From an uncultured Candidatus Peribacteria bacterium (GTDB lineage Bacteria > Patescibacteriota > Gracilibacteria > Peribacterales > Peribacteraceae), in the NCBI GenBank assembly GCA_964553135.1, contig CAZKJL010000002.1, forward strand, positions 124,224 to 188,223: DNA of 64,000 bases. The letters run 5' to 3'. Numbering within the stretch: position 1 is the stretch's first letter; each line of letters begins with the position of its first letter. This document shows, piece by piece, positions 1 through 9,742 of the stretch. The notes under the pieces were generated by a model that was not told the origin of the DNA, searched no databases, and saw nothing but the letters and a program-made list of their open reading frames with translations. The position numbers and the translations under genes were made by a program.

Positions 1-525
1 CATGCACAATCGGTCGGCGATTTTCACGAACACTTCCAGCGTTTCCCGCGCCAAAAGCTTCTGTCGATCGAGCGGCAAGAATTCGACGGTCTGCATGTTG
101 TGCAGACGGTCCACGAGCTTGATGACCATGATGCGGATGTCTTGTTGCATCAGGGTGAAGATTTTGCGCAGCGTTTCGATCTGTTCGTCCAACTTGGGAC
201 TCATGGCCACGTCTTTCGAGCTGAGCTTGGTGACGCCGTCGATGAGCGAGGCCACGGATCCTCCGAACTGCGCATCAATCTCATCGAGCGTCAGCGGCGT
301 GTCTTCCACCGTGTCGTGCAGGAGTGCCGCGATGATGGTATCGGGATCGGCTCCGAGGCCCGTCAGCATCTGGGCCACCGCAACCGGGTGCATGAAATAC
401 GGCTCACCCGAGCGCCTCTTCTGGTCGCCGTGCATTTTCTTTCCCAGCAAAAAAGCATGCTCCACACGTGCCAAATCCTTGGCGGGCAAGTGCCGAACAT
501 GGGTGCGGAATTCCTGCCACTGCAT
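1..525 (-). CDS. rel: RelA/SpoT-family (p)ppGpp synthetase/hydrolase, N-terminal HD domain. The 3' part runs off the window.
   Basis: Own minus-strand translation from the ATG at 525 gives MQWQEFRTHVRHLPAKDLARVEHAFLLGKKMHGDQKRRSGEPYFMHPVAVAQMLTGLGADPDTIIAALLHDTVEDT... This is the canonical RSH HD-hydrolase signature. It is absent from the ORF track because there is no stop codon inside the window. Confidence 0.9.
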   Translation of the reverse strand, partial: MQWQEFRTHVRHLPAKDLARVEHAFLLGKKMHGDQKRRSGEPYFMHPVAVAQMLTGLGADPDTIIAALLHDTVEDTPLTLDEIDAQFGGSVASLIDGVTKLSSKDVAMSPKLDEQIETLRKIFTLMQQDIRIMVIKLVDRLHNMQTVEFLPLDRQKLLARETLEVFVKIADRLCM

Positions 526-578
526 ACAGAAGGGGAAGTATAGAGGAGTGGCTTGCAGAAGGGAAGAGAGGCATGACG

Positions 579-623
579 GGAAACCAAGGAAACCAAAGAA
601 ACCAAGGAATCCAACGAAACCAC
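579..623. repeat. Half element of the 9-nt-periodic repeat family (five tandem 9-mers)
   Basis: The units are GGAAACCAA GGAAACCAA AGAAACCAA GGAATCCAA CGAAACCAC, lying between the Nudix stop (634) and the rel start (525). The same 9-mer forms the arms of the hairpins at 31742, 40452 and 41966. No inverted partner is present here. Confidence 0.8.
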
Positions 624-633
624 ATCTTCAGGC

Positions 634-1113
634 TTATTTCAGGATTTCCAGCACGTATGTCTTCACATTCGAAAAGATCTCCGTCGTCTCATTGAGCTTC
701 GCCACCTCCTCGCGCGTGAACCACCGCATCTTGTCGCTTTCTGCCTCGGCAAGTTTCGTTGCCTGCTTCTCATCGAGCGGTTTGGCGATGAATAAAAAGT
801 CCATGTGCTGGTGTGGCGGTTCCTTGCGTTCTTTGCTCTCGGGGATCTCTTCGAGGAGCATGGCGATGGGCTTTTTCAGCATGCGGCCTTCGTGCGTGTT
901 CTTGCCGAAGAGGTCGGTCTGCGTATCGCCGATGATCTCCACGTCCAAATTCGTCTCTTCTTTACACTCGCGCTTCGCGGCGTCTTCGGGGGTTTCGTTG
1001 TCATCGATATGCCCGCCGGGCGGCATCCAGCGACCCAGGCGCTTGTGCCACAACAAGAGAGTCCGCTTGCGCGAATCCACGATGAACGCCGTTGCGGTGA
1101 AGTGGCGGATCAC
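634..1113 (-). CDS. Nudix hydrolase
   Basis: Nudix box GGHIDDNETPEDAAKRECKEETNL (G-x5-E-x7-REUxEExGU) in a 159-aa ORF. Confidence 0.85.
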   Translation of the reverse strand: MIRHFTATAFIVDSRKRTLLLWHKRLGRWMPPGGHIDDNETPEDAAKRECKEETNLDVEIIGDTQTDLFGKNTHEGRMLKKPIAMLLEEIPESKERKEPPHQHMDFLFIAKPLDEKQATKLAEAESDKMRWFTREEVAKLNETTEIFSNVKTYVLEILK

Positions 1114-1122
1114 GGAATCAGT

Positions 1123-1674
1123 TTAGCGCCATTTGATGCTGCAGCCGATGGCATTGGCCTCGTGGACCGGCGGCTCGTTGCCTTTGACCAGCGCAGCGAT
1201 GGCATCGCGCAGATTGTGCTCGGTCACTTTGGTCGGATCTTTCCAGTTGTCGTCCACACGGCCTTTGTACCTCAGCTTGCGTGCGGAATCGAACACGAAG
1301 CAGTGCGGGGTGCAGAGGGCCCCAAAGGCTTTTGCCACTTCCTGGGATTCGTCATAACAGTACGGAAACGGAAACGCTTTTTCTTCGTGGCGCTTCTTCA
1401 TCGCCGGGAACGAATCCTCGGGGTAATTCGTGGCATCGTTGCTGCTGATGAGGACAAACTGCGCGCCTTCTTGGTCGAATTTTTCGGCCAGTTTGATGAA
1501 TCTGTCCTCGCACGCGATGGCGTACGGACAATGGTTGCAGGTGAAGACCACCACGAGCACGGGGTCGTGGATCATCGCTCCGTTCACGGTCATGCCGTCG
1601 GTGGCCGGCAGCGAGAAATGCGGCATCTTGTCGCCGATCTTCAGCGCCTTGGAATTGTCGTTGATGAGGACCAT
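1123..1674 (-). CDS. Thioredoxin-fold redoxin (AhpC/TSA / thiol-disulfide oxidoreductase-like)
   Basis: 183-aa ORF with the CxxC motif FTCNHCPY in a thioredoxin-like context. Confidence 0.75.
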   Translation of the reverse strand: MVLINDNSKALKIGDKMPHFSLPATDGMTVNGAMIHDPVLVVVFTCNHCPYAIACEDRFIKLAEKFDQEGAQFVLISSNDATNYPEDSFPAMKKRHEEKAFPFPYCYDESQEVAKAFGALCTPHCFVFDSARKLRYKGRVDDNWKDPTKVTEHNLRDAIAALVKGNEPPVHEANAIGCSIKWR

Positions 1675-1756
1675 ACGGATGGGGGAGGGTGAATGCAGTA
1701 TATCTCACTTATGAGACGAATATTTCACCGCGTCATGACACCGTTGCCCTGAGCAC

Positions 1757-1791
1757 AAAAAAACCGAGGCCGTGCCAGGCCTCGGTTTTTT
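1757..1791 (-). terminator. Rho-independent terminator hairpin, symmetric (A-run / stem / T-run)
   Basis: AAAAAAA-CCGAGGCC-gtgcca-GGCCTCGG-TTTTTT, located 13 nt downstream of the stop of the 1804..2865 gene. Confidence 0.8.
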
Positions 1792-1803
1792 GTTAGCGAT
1801 CGA

Positions 1804-2865
1804 TTAACGGCGGGACGGCTTTTCGTAGCGCGTCGTGATCTTTTCGACCGGACACTCGCCCGTGCGCTGAAGCGTGAGGAGCTTGAGCGGAGAAGTCTCC
1901 GGGTCGGTGCAAGCCGGGTTCGGCTCGGACCAAACAGGCTCCGTCGTTGTCTCCATGGATTCGTCGGTCGGTTCCATGGGAATCGGCATCATCATGTCTT
2001 CTTCCATCATGTCTTGCGGCAAATCACCGCTGAGTTGGTTGAAGGTCTTCATGAGATCTTCGATCGTCACGGCGTCTGCGGGAGCCTTGATCGCAAGAGC
2101 GCCCTTGAGAGCAGTTTCCTTCCCGCTGGCCGTGAATTCGGAGAAGCGTCCGTCCATGCTCATGGTGTAGTTGCTCGAGACGAAGGCGCCCTTCGCATCG
2201 GTGGCGAGGTTCATTTCGAAGTGCATGCCTTCGGCGAGCTCGCGCCACGGGAAGAAGTCCGTGCTGGCGGGCTGCGTGTCCTGGAGCAGCTCACGGATCA
2301 TGAGTGCGAGTTCCGGAGCGTAGTCGGTGTTGAGGTTGAGCGTGTAGTTCGTACCGGACTTCGTTCCGGCGGATTGCATCGTGAACATGCCGTCGGCCTT
2401 GGAAGCGTCCACGGAACCGAGATTCATGGCGACGGGCCCCGCGATGTCGCGCAGCATCACCATGTCGAGAGGCGTGGCGAACCACTGCTTCTGGTTGGCG
2501 ATGGCGGAGAACGATGCGAAGGCGTTCGTTGCGGATGCGTTAAGGTTCGTGACTTTCACGTAGACCATGCCGTCCACGACGATGACCTCACCTTTGAGGC
2601 GAACTTTCATGTCGTTTTGAACGATATCGACGGTGGCCTTCGTGGACATCGTCATGTCATCCGGAGTCATGCCTTGCTGGACGCCGTTGGCCCAGACGGT
2701 GACGTACATACCCTGGCTTTCGCCGTGAGCGGTCACGGAGAAACTGCGGGGGCTGCCGCTCTCTTGGAGCTGCGTGAAAAGTTCACCCGGCGTCATGGCA
2801 GCTGCTGCTGCGACGAGCGGGGAGAGGAGGAGGGCGGCGGAAACCGCCAGTGCGAGACGTTTCAT
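1804..2865 (-). CDS. Secreted hypothetical protein
   Basis: Long ORF. I prefer the internal start MKRLALAVSAALLLSPLVAAAAAM (signal peptide) at 2865 rather than the ORF-track start at 2922. No family recognised. Confidence 0.65.
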   Translation of the reverse strand: MKRLALAVSAALLLSPLVAAAAAMTPGELFTQLQESGSPRSFSVTAHGESQGMYVTVWANGVQQGMTPDDMTMSTKATVDIVQNDMKVRLKGEVIVVDGMVYVKVTNLNASATNAFASFSAIANQKQWFATPLDMVMLRDIAGPVAMNLGSVDASKADGMFTMQSAGTKSGTNYTLNLNTDYAPELALMIRELLQDTQPASTDFFPWRELAEGMHFEMNLATDAKGAFVSSNYTMSMDGRFSEFTASGKETALKGALAIKAPADAVTIEDLMKTFNQLSGDLPQDMMEEDMMMPIPMEPTDESMETTTEPVWSEPNPACTDPETSPLKLLTLQRTGECPVEKITTRYEKPSRR

Positions 2866-2941
2866 AAAGAGGTTGGAGGGAGAAATTGGGGATGACGATA
2901 TCATAAAAAATGATTCCTGCAATGTTGAGAATATTCAGAGC

Positions 2942-3019
2942 GAATACAAGGAATTCAAAGAATACAAGGATTGCAACGATCCCTGTATTCTTTGCACTCT
3001 TTGTATTCCTTGTATTCTT
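2942..3019. repeat. 9-nt-periodic imperfect palindromic hairpin
   Basis: Left arm is GAATACAAG GAATTCAAA GAATACAAG GATTGCAAC. Right arm is CCCTGTATT CTTTGCACT CTTTGTATT CCTTGTATT. It starts 3 nt after the uvrA stop codon. Confidence 0.8.
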
Positions 3020-3022
3020 GCG

Positions 3023-5938
3023 TCACAGCATCTTCTTCAGATACTGCCCGGTGTAGCTTTCCTTCACTTCGGCAACGTCTTCGGGCGTACCGACGGCCAC
3101 GATGCGGCCGCCTTCGTCGCCGCCGTCCGGACCGATGTCGATGACGTGGTCCACGGACTTCACGACGTCCAGGTTGTGTTCGATCACGAGCACCGTGTTT
3201 CCTTTCTCCACGAGTCTCTGGAGCACGTCGAGTAGGCGCTGAATGTCATCGAAGTGCAAGCCCGTCGTGGGTTCATCGAGAATATAGAACGTCTTTCCGG
3301 TGGCGCGCTTCGTGAGTTCCGTCGCGAGTTTGATGCGTTGAGCTTCACCCCCCGAGAGCGTGGTGGCGCTCTGTCCCAAGTGGATGTACCCGAGTCCCAC
3401 GTCGCTTAAGGTCTGCAGTTTGTTCTTGATGGACGGGAAGGCGGCGAAGAAATCGAGTCCTTCCGTGATGGTCATGTTGAGCGCATCGGCGATGGTCTTT
3501 CCTTTGTACGTCACCTCGAGCGTCTCACGGTTGTAGCGCTGACCGCGGCACGTTTCGCACGTCACGTACACGTCGGGAAGGAAGTGCATTTCGATGCGCT
3601 TGAGTCCGTCGCCTTCGCAGTCCTCACAACGTCCGCCCGAGACGTTGAAACTGAAACGTCCTGGCTTGTAGCCGCGGGTCTTTGCTTCGGGCGTCATGGC
3701 GAATACGTCGCGCACTTCGGTGAAGATGCCGGTGTACGTGGCGGGGTTGCTCCGCGGCGTGCGGCCGATGGGGGACTGATCGATGACGATGGCTTTGTCC
3801 AAGTGGCCGAGCCCCTTGATCTCTTTGAAGTCCTGGCCCTTGGCGTGCGCTTTGTTGAGCGTGCGGAGGAGTTCGGGAGCGAGGATGCCGTGGATCAAGC
3901 TGGATTTGCCGGAGCCCGAAACTCCCGTGATGCCGATGAGACATCCCAGCGGGAACTTGGCGTGCACGTCTTTGAGGTTGTGGTGCTTGGCGCCCGAGAT
4001 CTCCACGAAGTTGCCGTTGCCCGTGCGGCGCTTCTTCGGAACGTCGATTTTCTTTTTGCCGGAGAGATACTGGCCGGTGACGGACTTGGCGTTGCCGATG
4101 AGCTCCTTGGGCGTGCCCTGGGCCACGACTTCGCCGCCGTGTTTGCCGGCGCCGGGGCCGATCTCCAGCAGCCAATCGGCCGATTCGATCGTCTCTTGGT
4201 CATGTTCCACCACGATCACGGTGTTGCCGATGTCGCGCAGGTTCGTCATGGTTTTGATGAGCTTGGTGTTGTCGCGCTGATGCAGACCGATGCTCGGTTC
4301 ATCGAGCACGTAGAGCACGCCTTCGAGTGCGGAACCGATTTGGGTCGCCAGGCGGATGCGCTGTGCTTCTCCACCCGACAGCGTCGCGGCCGAACGGTTG
4401 AGCGTGAGGTACTTGAGACCCACGTTCTCCAGGAAGTTGAGGCGCGAGACGATTTCCGCGATGACTTTCCGGACAATCGTGTAGTCGTACGTGGAAAGCG
4501 CGCCGTCTTTCTTTTTCTTCGACTTGTCGTCGGTTTTTTCAGGGATGAGGCTTTCGAAGAATTTGCGTGCGGTCACCACGCTCATTTCGGTGCCATCCAC
4601 GATGTTTTTTCCACTCACTGTCACACCCAAGATTTCTTTGCGCAGGCGCTTGCCGTGGCATTCCGGGCACGGGAGCTCGAACATGTAGGCTTCGATCTGC
4701 GAGCGCGTGTAGGCGCTGTCCGTCTCTTTGTGACGACGCTCCAAGTTGGGGATCACCCCTTCGTACGTCGTCTGATAGTGACCGTCGAATTTTTCCGTGA
4801 GGAAGTCCACGTCCACTTTTTCGGGGTGACCGTAGAGCACGATTTTCTGCGCCTCGGGGGTCAGATCTTTCCAGGGGAGATCGAGCGAGAACTTCAGTTT
4901 CTTGGCCAGCGCCGTGAGCGTTTGGAGCATGAAGCTCATGCGTCCGGCGGACGTGGCCCACGGATGAATGGCTCCTTCGGCCACCGTGAGGTCGTGGTTC
5001 GGAACGATGCTCGCGGCGTCGATCTGCAAAATGCTGCCGATGCCGTGGCAGTGCGGACATGCGCCATGCGGCGAGTTGAACGAGAAACTGCGCGGTTCGA
5101 TTTCCGGAATGCTCATCTCCGGATAATCGGGGTTCACGAACCGGTCGCTGAATTTCGTGAGTTCACCCGAGTCGGCGTCCAGAACGAACAGCATTCCTTC
5201 TCCCTTTTTGAGCGCCAGTTCCACGCTGTCCGCGAGACGCACGCGGTTGGGGTTCGGCTGCTCCACGCTCGTGCCATCGCTCAGCTTTTCGGTCACGGGG
5301 TCGAAATCGCGCACCACCATGCGGTCCACGACGATTTCGATGTCGTGGCTCTTCTTGGGATCCAGCTGCAGATCTTCGTCGGCGGTGACGATCTGTCCGT
5401 CCACGCGCATGCGGACGAAACCTTCGCGCTTGATGGTGTCCAAAACTTTCTGATGGGCGCCTTTGCGTCCGATGATCTGGGGCGAGAGGAGCATGATTTT
5501 GCGGCCTTCGGGCATGCGCGTGATCATGTCCGTGATCTGGCTCGGAGATTGTTTGCTCAGCGGCTTTCCCGTGATGGGGCAGTGGACCTGTCCGACCTTG
5601 GCCCACAGAAGACGCATGTAGTCGTAGATTTCGGTGACCGTTCCCACCGTGGAACGGGGGTTTCTTGGCGCAGTTTTTTGATCAATGGAAATGGCGGGGG
5701 AAAGCCCTTCGATGCTGTCGACCTCCGGCTTTTCCATCTGTGCGATGAACTGTCTGGCGTACGCCGACAGAGACTCGGCGTACCGGCGCTGTCCTTCGGC
5801 GAAAATCGTGTCGAACGCGAGTGACGATTTTCCCGATCCGGAAAGTCCGGTGATGACCGTGAGCGAATGCTTGGGAATATCGACGTCGATATTCTTGAGA
5901 TTGTGCATCCTGGCGCCTCTGACCTTGATGAAGTCCAT
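3023..5938 (-). CDS. uvrA: Excinuclease ABC subunit A
   Basis: 971 aa. N-terminus is [22 protein letters not shown]. It has two ABC ATPase modules ([29 protein letters not shown] twice) and zinc-finger Cys clusters. Confidence 0.97.
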   Translation of the reverse strand: MDFIKVRGARMHNLKNIDVDIPKHSLTVITGLSGSGKSSLAFDTIFAEGQRRYAESLSAYARQFIAQMEKPEVDSIEGLSPAISIDQKTAPRNPRSTVGTVTEIYDYMRLLWAKVGQVHCPITGKPLSKQSPSQITDMITRMPEGRKIMLLSPQIIGRKGAHQKVLDTIKREGFVRMRVDGQIVTADEDLQLDPKKSHDIEIVVDRMVVRDFDPVTEKLSDGTSVEQPNPNRVRLADSVELALKKGEGMLFVLDADSGELTKFSDRFVNPDYPEMSIPEIEPRSFSFNSPHGACPHCHGIGSILQIDAASIVPNHDLTVAEGAIHPWATSAGRMSFMLQTLTALAKKLKFSLDLPWKDLTPEAQKIVLYGHPEKVDVDFLTEKFDGHYQTTYEGVIPNLERRHKETDSAYTRSQIEAYMFELPCPECHGKRLRKEILGVTVSGKNIVDGTEMSVVTARKFFESLIPEKTDDKSKKKKDGALSTYDYTIVRKVIAEIVSRLNFLENVGLKYLTLNRSAATLSGGEAQRIRLATQIGSALEGVLYVLDEPSIGLHQRDNTKLIKTMTNLRDIGNTVIVVEHDQETIESADWLLEIGPGAGKHGGEVVAQGTPKELIGNAKSVTGQYLSGKKKIDVPKKRRTGNGNFVEISGAKHHNLKDVHAKFPLGCLIGITGVSGSGKSSLIHGILAPELLRTLNKAHAKGQDFKEIKGLGHLDKAIVIDQSPIGRTPRSNPATYTGIFTEVRDVFAMTPEAKTRGYKPGRFSFNVSGGRCEDCEGDGLKRIEMHFLPDVYVTCETCRGQRYNRETLEVTYKGKTIADALNMTITEGLDFFAAFPSIKNKLQTLSDVGLGYIHLGQSATTLSGGEAQRIKLATELTKRATGKTFYILDEPTTGLHFDDIQRLLDVLQRLVEKGNTVLVIEHNLDVVKSVDHVIDIGPDGGDEGGRIVAVGTPEDVAEVKESYTGQYLKKML

Positions 5939-6030
5939 ATTCGAGAAAATGGAAATAACATGGTTGAATACTCAACCATAGCCGAAAGAGCTTACAGGAC
6001 GGTGAGCGTTTTGTCCAGTCTGGGAAGGGC

Positions 6031-6504
6031 TCAGTAGTCTTGGGCGGGACCCGTGAATTCGATCATGAAATTCTGCTCCAGCCACGGATGAATGTCGTGT
6101 GAAACGTCGCTTTCCTGCAGTTCCGCGATGATTCCCAGGAGCAGCGTCAAGCGATGACGCACGTATCCGATGCTCGTGAGTGATGTCGTCCTTTCCGCAT
6201 TCGCACCTTCGTCGAAACTCGCCACGTATGCCGCGGCTTTCGCATGGTTCTTTTCCGTCGCCGCGGCGATGAGCTCTTCGGAAAACCGTGACACGTCTCC
6301 GCGGAATGCGGCTGCGATGCATGCCGTGAGATTCGCGATGACCGACGCGTTGATCCGTTCGAGGCGGAGCAGCAGCGACAATTCTTCTTCCCCGTCACTT
6401 TCCTCCAGAACTACGGGCGTGGATTCATCGAGCGCATTTCTCAGCAGCTCTTCCAACGTGCCGGTGTGGACCAAGGGAGAACGCATCGGCGCGGCACTAT
6501 CCAA
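6031..6504 (-). CDS. Hypothetical protein (orphan, acidic)
   Basis: 157-aa ORF with non-repetitive protein-like composition. It is co-oriented with and upstream of uvrA. No motif recognised. Confidence 0.5.
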   Translation of the reverse strand: MDSAAPMRSPLVHTGTLEELLRNALDESTPVVLEESDGEEELSLLLRLERINASVIANLTACIAAAFRGDVSRFSEELIAAATEKNHAKAAAYVASFDEGANAERTTSLTSIGYVRHRLTLLLGIIAELQESDVSHDIHPWLEQNFMIEFTGPAQDY

Positions 6505-6528
6505 GAATCGGTTTTTCTTGTCAATTTC

Positions 6529-7029
6529 TCAGGCTTTCTGCAGCACATCGCGGTCTTCCACGGCCACGAGTCCGTTCAGACAGTATTCTTCCAGCATGTC
6601 CGAGAAATCATCCAGTCGCCTCGTCGTCATCACATCATTGATGAGTTCCACGACGTCCATGATCCCGCGCCGTTGCACGCTGATGCGTCCGATGAGATCC
6701 AGTTGATCACCGGTGAAGCGTCCGCCCTGTTTGATGACGTCTTCCTTATAGAGCTCATCCTCAAGATCGATCTTGGGCAGGCGGCTTTTGGAATCGGCAC
6801 CGATGTCGATCATCCAGTCCACGTATTCGTGTGCAAGTTTTGGGTCATGAGCACGCATGAAGCGGAACAAGGAGCTGATGATGCTGCGCTTGGCGGTGCG
6901 CATCACCTCGCGGATGCCGGCCAGCCTCTCCTCTTCATACATCGAAAGATTGCTCGGCCGCGTCAGTCGGTGGAGCTCTCGGCACAACTCGTTCGTGTTC
7001 GCGCGCCACGTTCCTTGGTCATTTTGCAT
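6529..7029 (-). CDS. Hypothetical protein (orphan)
   Basis: 166-aa ORF ending 24 nt upstream of the 6031..6504 ORF, on the same strand. No motif recognised. Confidence 0.5.
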   Translation of the reverse strand: MQNDQGTWRANTNELCRELHRLTRPSNLSMYEEERLAGIREVMRTAKRSIISSLFRFMRAHDPKLAHEYVDWMIDIGADSKSRLPKIDLEDELYKEDVIKQGGRFTGDQLDLIGRISVQRRGIMDVVELINDVMTTRRLDDFSDMLEEYCLNGLVAVEDRDVLQKA

Positions 7030-7134
7030 GGATCGATATCAAGCCAACGTCGTTTTTTCGTCAACTATTATCACATCCTACATGTATTTTTTCGCAAGAA
7101 GTTGCGACGAAGGCTTATGATGTAGGATTCTTCC

Positions 7135-8349
7135 ATGCAACTCCGTCGCTCTGCTCACCTCTTACTTCTGTCGATCCTTGTGCCGCTCGCGGCGCAATCG
7201 ATGACCGTCCTTGCGACGTTTCGCGACGTGCAGCCCGGGGCGTGGTACTACGATTCCGTGGAGGAAGCCGTGAGGCTCGGAGTCGTTGCCGGTTACGCCG
7301 ATGCCCAAGGTCGCCCGACGGGACTCTTCGGTCCTCAGAACGAAGTGACCATCGGAGAGGCGCTCAAGATCGGCATCAAGGGCGCCGGTTTCGACGAGAA
7401 CTTGGGCCAAGGTTACGGTCACTGGGCCGCCAAATATTTGAGCATCGCGCTCGGTGAGAACTTCGAGTTCAGTCATCAGAGCAACATCAACTTCGACTGG
7501 CCCGCGAGCCGCGCCGAGGTCGTCTCCATCATCACCGACGCGTTCCGCGTTCCACGCGTCACTGCCGGTGGGAAGGTCTTTACGGATGTCTCGGCCAATG
7601 CGCAGTACGCCTCGGCCATCGAGTCGCTGGAGTACGACGGCATCGTGACGGGTGACAAAGACTCGTCCGGCAAAGCTACGGGACGCTTCCGCCCGAATGC
7701 CATGATCAATCGCGCCGAAGTCGTGAAGATGATGATTGCCGCCAGAAACTTCTACGGCACGCCGGGTGGCCGCGGAACATCGTCGACATCGTCGTCGTAC
7801 CGCTCCACGAGCAGTTCGTCGTCGACGTCTTCCTCCTCGTCGAGCGGCGGCCAGTGCTCACTCAGTCAGTGCGGCCCCGCACCGGCCATGCCGAACTGGC
7901 AGTGCCCCGACGGATCCATCGGCGGACCGTCGTGTGAAAAGCTTCCCGACGGTCGTTGCGGCTGGCTCATCCGCCAGTGCCCGGTGTCCACATCGTCATC
8001 GAGCAGCTCGTCCTCCAAGTCGTCGTCGAGCAGTTCCAGCAAGTCGAGCAGCAGCTCGTCCCGTGCCAGCCAGACGTTCAATGCAACGTACACGAACTCC
8101 GGCTTCCAGCCTTCGGTCATCTACATCCGGCAGGGCGACCGCGTGAACTTCAAGAACCAGTCGGGCCTCGGCCTCTGGGTCGCGAGCAATCCGCATCCGT
8201 ACCACACCGATTATCCCGAGTTCAACGCGCAAGCCGCCAGCAGCTCGGGCGCCACGTTCACGTTCGTCTTCCAAAAAATCGGAGCGTGGGGTTATCACAA
8301 CCATCTCCAGCCGAATCATCAGGCGGTTGTCGTGGTGGATCCGCGGTAG
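7135..8349 (+). CDS. SLH-domain surface protein with poly-Ser linkers, a 6-Cys module and a C-terminal cupredoxin-like domain
   Basis: There is a signal peptide and two SLH-like repeats (FRDVQPGAWYYDSVEEAVRLGVVAGY; FTDVSANAQYASAIESLEYDGIVTG). Long Ser runs follow. The C-terminal domain (...WVASNPHPYHTDY...GAWGYHNHLQPN) is paralogous to the 28074..28508 product. Confidence 0.8.
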   Translation: MQLRRSAHLLLLSILVPLAAQSMTVLATFRDVQPGAWYYDSVEEAVRLGVVAGYADAQGRPTGLFGPQNEVTIGEALKIGIKGAGFDENLGQGYGHWAAKYLSIALGENFEFSHQSNINFDWPASRAEVVSIITDAFRVPRVTAGGKVFTDVSANAQYASAIESLEYDGIVTGDKDSSGKATGRFRPNAMINRAEVVKMMIAARNFYGTPGGRGTSSTSSSYRSTSSSSSTSSSSSSGGQCSLSQCGPAPAMPNWQCPDGSIGGPSCEKLPDGRCGWLIRQCPVSTSSSSSSSSKSSSSSSSKSSSSSSRASQTFNATYTNSGFQPSVIYIRQGDRVNFKNQSGLGLWVASNPHPYHTDYPEFNAQAASSSGATFTFVFQKIGAWGYHNHLQPNHQAVVVVDPR

Positions 8350-8419
8350 GGCGCTAATGTCTTGCGCGGACTTTACGAATCCCGCCCCGCAAAGCTCTCT
8401 TTGGGGTAAAGTGATCTCC

Positions 8420-9697
8420 ATGCGTCGCGCGCCATGGATTCCGAGGCTCAACGTTTTGCTCTTGGTGTTTGTGATGGTGCTCGGGATCTTGATCCGAACC
8501 TTCCATCTCTCGCATCCCGGAGGATATAGCGACCCCTCCGTCATGAAAAACTGGGGACGAGCGGTGGTGAAAGTGGGTTGGACGCAGAGCTACGGTTTGC
8601 GCGTGAACAATGTGATGCGCTCCAATTACCCGCCCGTGGGCATGGCGGTGTTCGGTGCCGCGGCCCAGGCATATCATTGGTCGGGACACGACATCATGGA
8701 AGACTCGTACCTCTTCACGGTTCTTATAAAATTTCCGTCGATTCTTGCCGATCTGCTTGTTGCACTGGTCATCTTTTTCATCGTGAAGCGATCCGTTTCG
8801 GAAAAGGCGGGCATCGGTGCCGCAGCGCTCTATCTTTTGTATCCCACAACGTGGCTCGTGTCCTCGGCGTGGGGTCAAACCGATGCGATCTACGTAGCGC
8901 TGGCGTTCGGGGGCATCGCGGCGTTGCTTCGGAATCGTCCCATGGTCGCCGGCGTGTGCATGGCCCTCGCATTCTTTATGAAATTGCAGGCCATCTTCTT
9001 CTTTCCGGTTGCGGCGGTCGTTCTGCTCACGCAACGAAAGGACGTCGAGTATTTTCTCATCGGTGCGCTGAGCGTCGTGGCGGCGGTCATCGTTCCGTTT
9101 TTCATCAGCGGAACGCTCGGAGAAGTCGTGGACACGTACCGGTCGCTTGTCGGTTACTACCCGTCACTCAGTTTGTATGCCTACAACGTCTGGTGGGCGC
9201 TTTTTGGCGATGCAGCGCGCAACACGTCGGACCTCAAAATGTTTTCCGTCATTGCCACATATCGAACTGTCGGTTTGGGCATCGTCGCCCTCATCTACGC
9301 CACATTCTCCTGGCGACTCTGGACCGTGCTTCGCAGGATCACCGATCTCCGCATGCGCACGGAGGCAGTACTTGCGGCCGCATCCGTCACCACGCTCGGG
9401 TTCTTCATGTTCAGCACTCAAATGCACGAGCGATACTTCTTCCCGTTCATCGCGTCCGCAATTCCGCTACTTTTTTTCATCGTGCGCGGAAGAGTCATCA
9501 TCGTGACGTTGCTGTGCTCGCTCACACTCAATTTGCTCGCATCGTTTCCCATCAGTCGCTCCATTTTGTACTTCTACAGAATTTTCCCGGAGTTGGATGG
9601 GTTCATCGCATCCATCAATCTCATCTTCTTCATTCAATTGGCATGGACCCTGTGGCGCACGTCGCTCAATCCTTCGCGTCCCAAGACTTCCGCGTGA
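8420..9697 (+). CDS. GT-C-fold membrane glycosyl/mannosyltransferase (PMT_2/ArnT-like)
   Basis: Polytopic membrane protein. I chose the start MRRAPWIPRLNVLLLVFVMVLGILIRTFHL, downstream of the previous stop. The overall architecture is typical of GT-C enzymes. Confidence 0.65.
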   Translation: MRRAPWIPRLNVLLLVFVMVLGILIRTFHLSHPGGYSDPSVMKNWGRAVVKVGWTQSYGLRVNNVMRSNYPPVGMAVFGAAAQAYHWSGHDIMEDSYLFTVLIKFPSILADLLVALVIFFIVKRSVSEKAGIGAAALYLLYPTTWLVSSAWGQTDAIYVALAFGGIAALLRNRPMVAGVCMALAFFMKLQAIFFFPVAAVVLLTQRKDVEYFLIGALSVVAAVIVPFFISGTLGEVVDTYRSLVGYYPSLSLYAYNVWWALFGDAARNTSDLKMFSVIATYRTVGLGIVALIYATFSWRLWTVLRRITDLRMRTEAVLAAASVTTLGFFMFSTQMHERYFFPFIASAIPLLFFIVRGRVIIVTLLCSLTLNLLASFPISRSILYFYRIFPELDGFIASINLIFFIQLAWTLWRTSLNPSRPKTSA

Positions 9698-9703
9698 GTT
9701 TGC

Positions 9704-9731
9704 TTGACTTCGAAAACGTGAGTTCTATCCT
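9704..9731 (+). promoter_or_regulatory. Candidate sigma70-type promoter of the aromatic operon leader
   Basis: TTGACT (9704-9709), a 16-nt spacer, then TATCCT (9726-9731). The predicted transcription start is only a few nt before the leader ATG at 9743. Confidence 0.4.
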
Positions 9732-9742
9732 ATGAGCAGTTT

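Noticed and set aside
2-1126. 374-aa plus-strand ORF at the window start
   Set aside because: It is antisense to the rel fragment and the Nudix gene. The sequence is Ser/Cys/Arg-rich and not protein-like.
3584-5824. 746-aa ORF on the plus strand
   Set aside because: It lies entirely antisense to uvrA. Its composition is Arg/Ala/Gly/Val-rich, typical of shadow ORFs in high-GC DNA, and the uvrA frame has unmistakable motifs.
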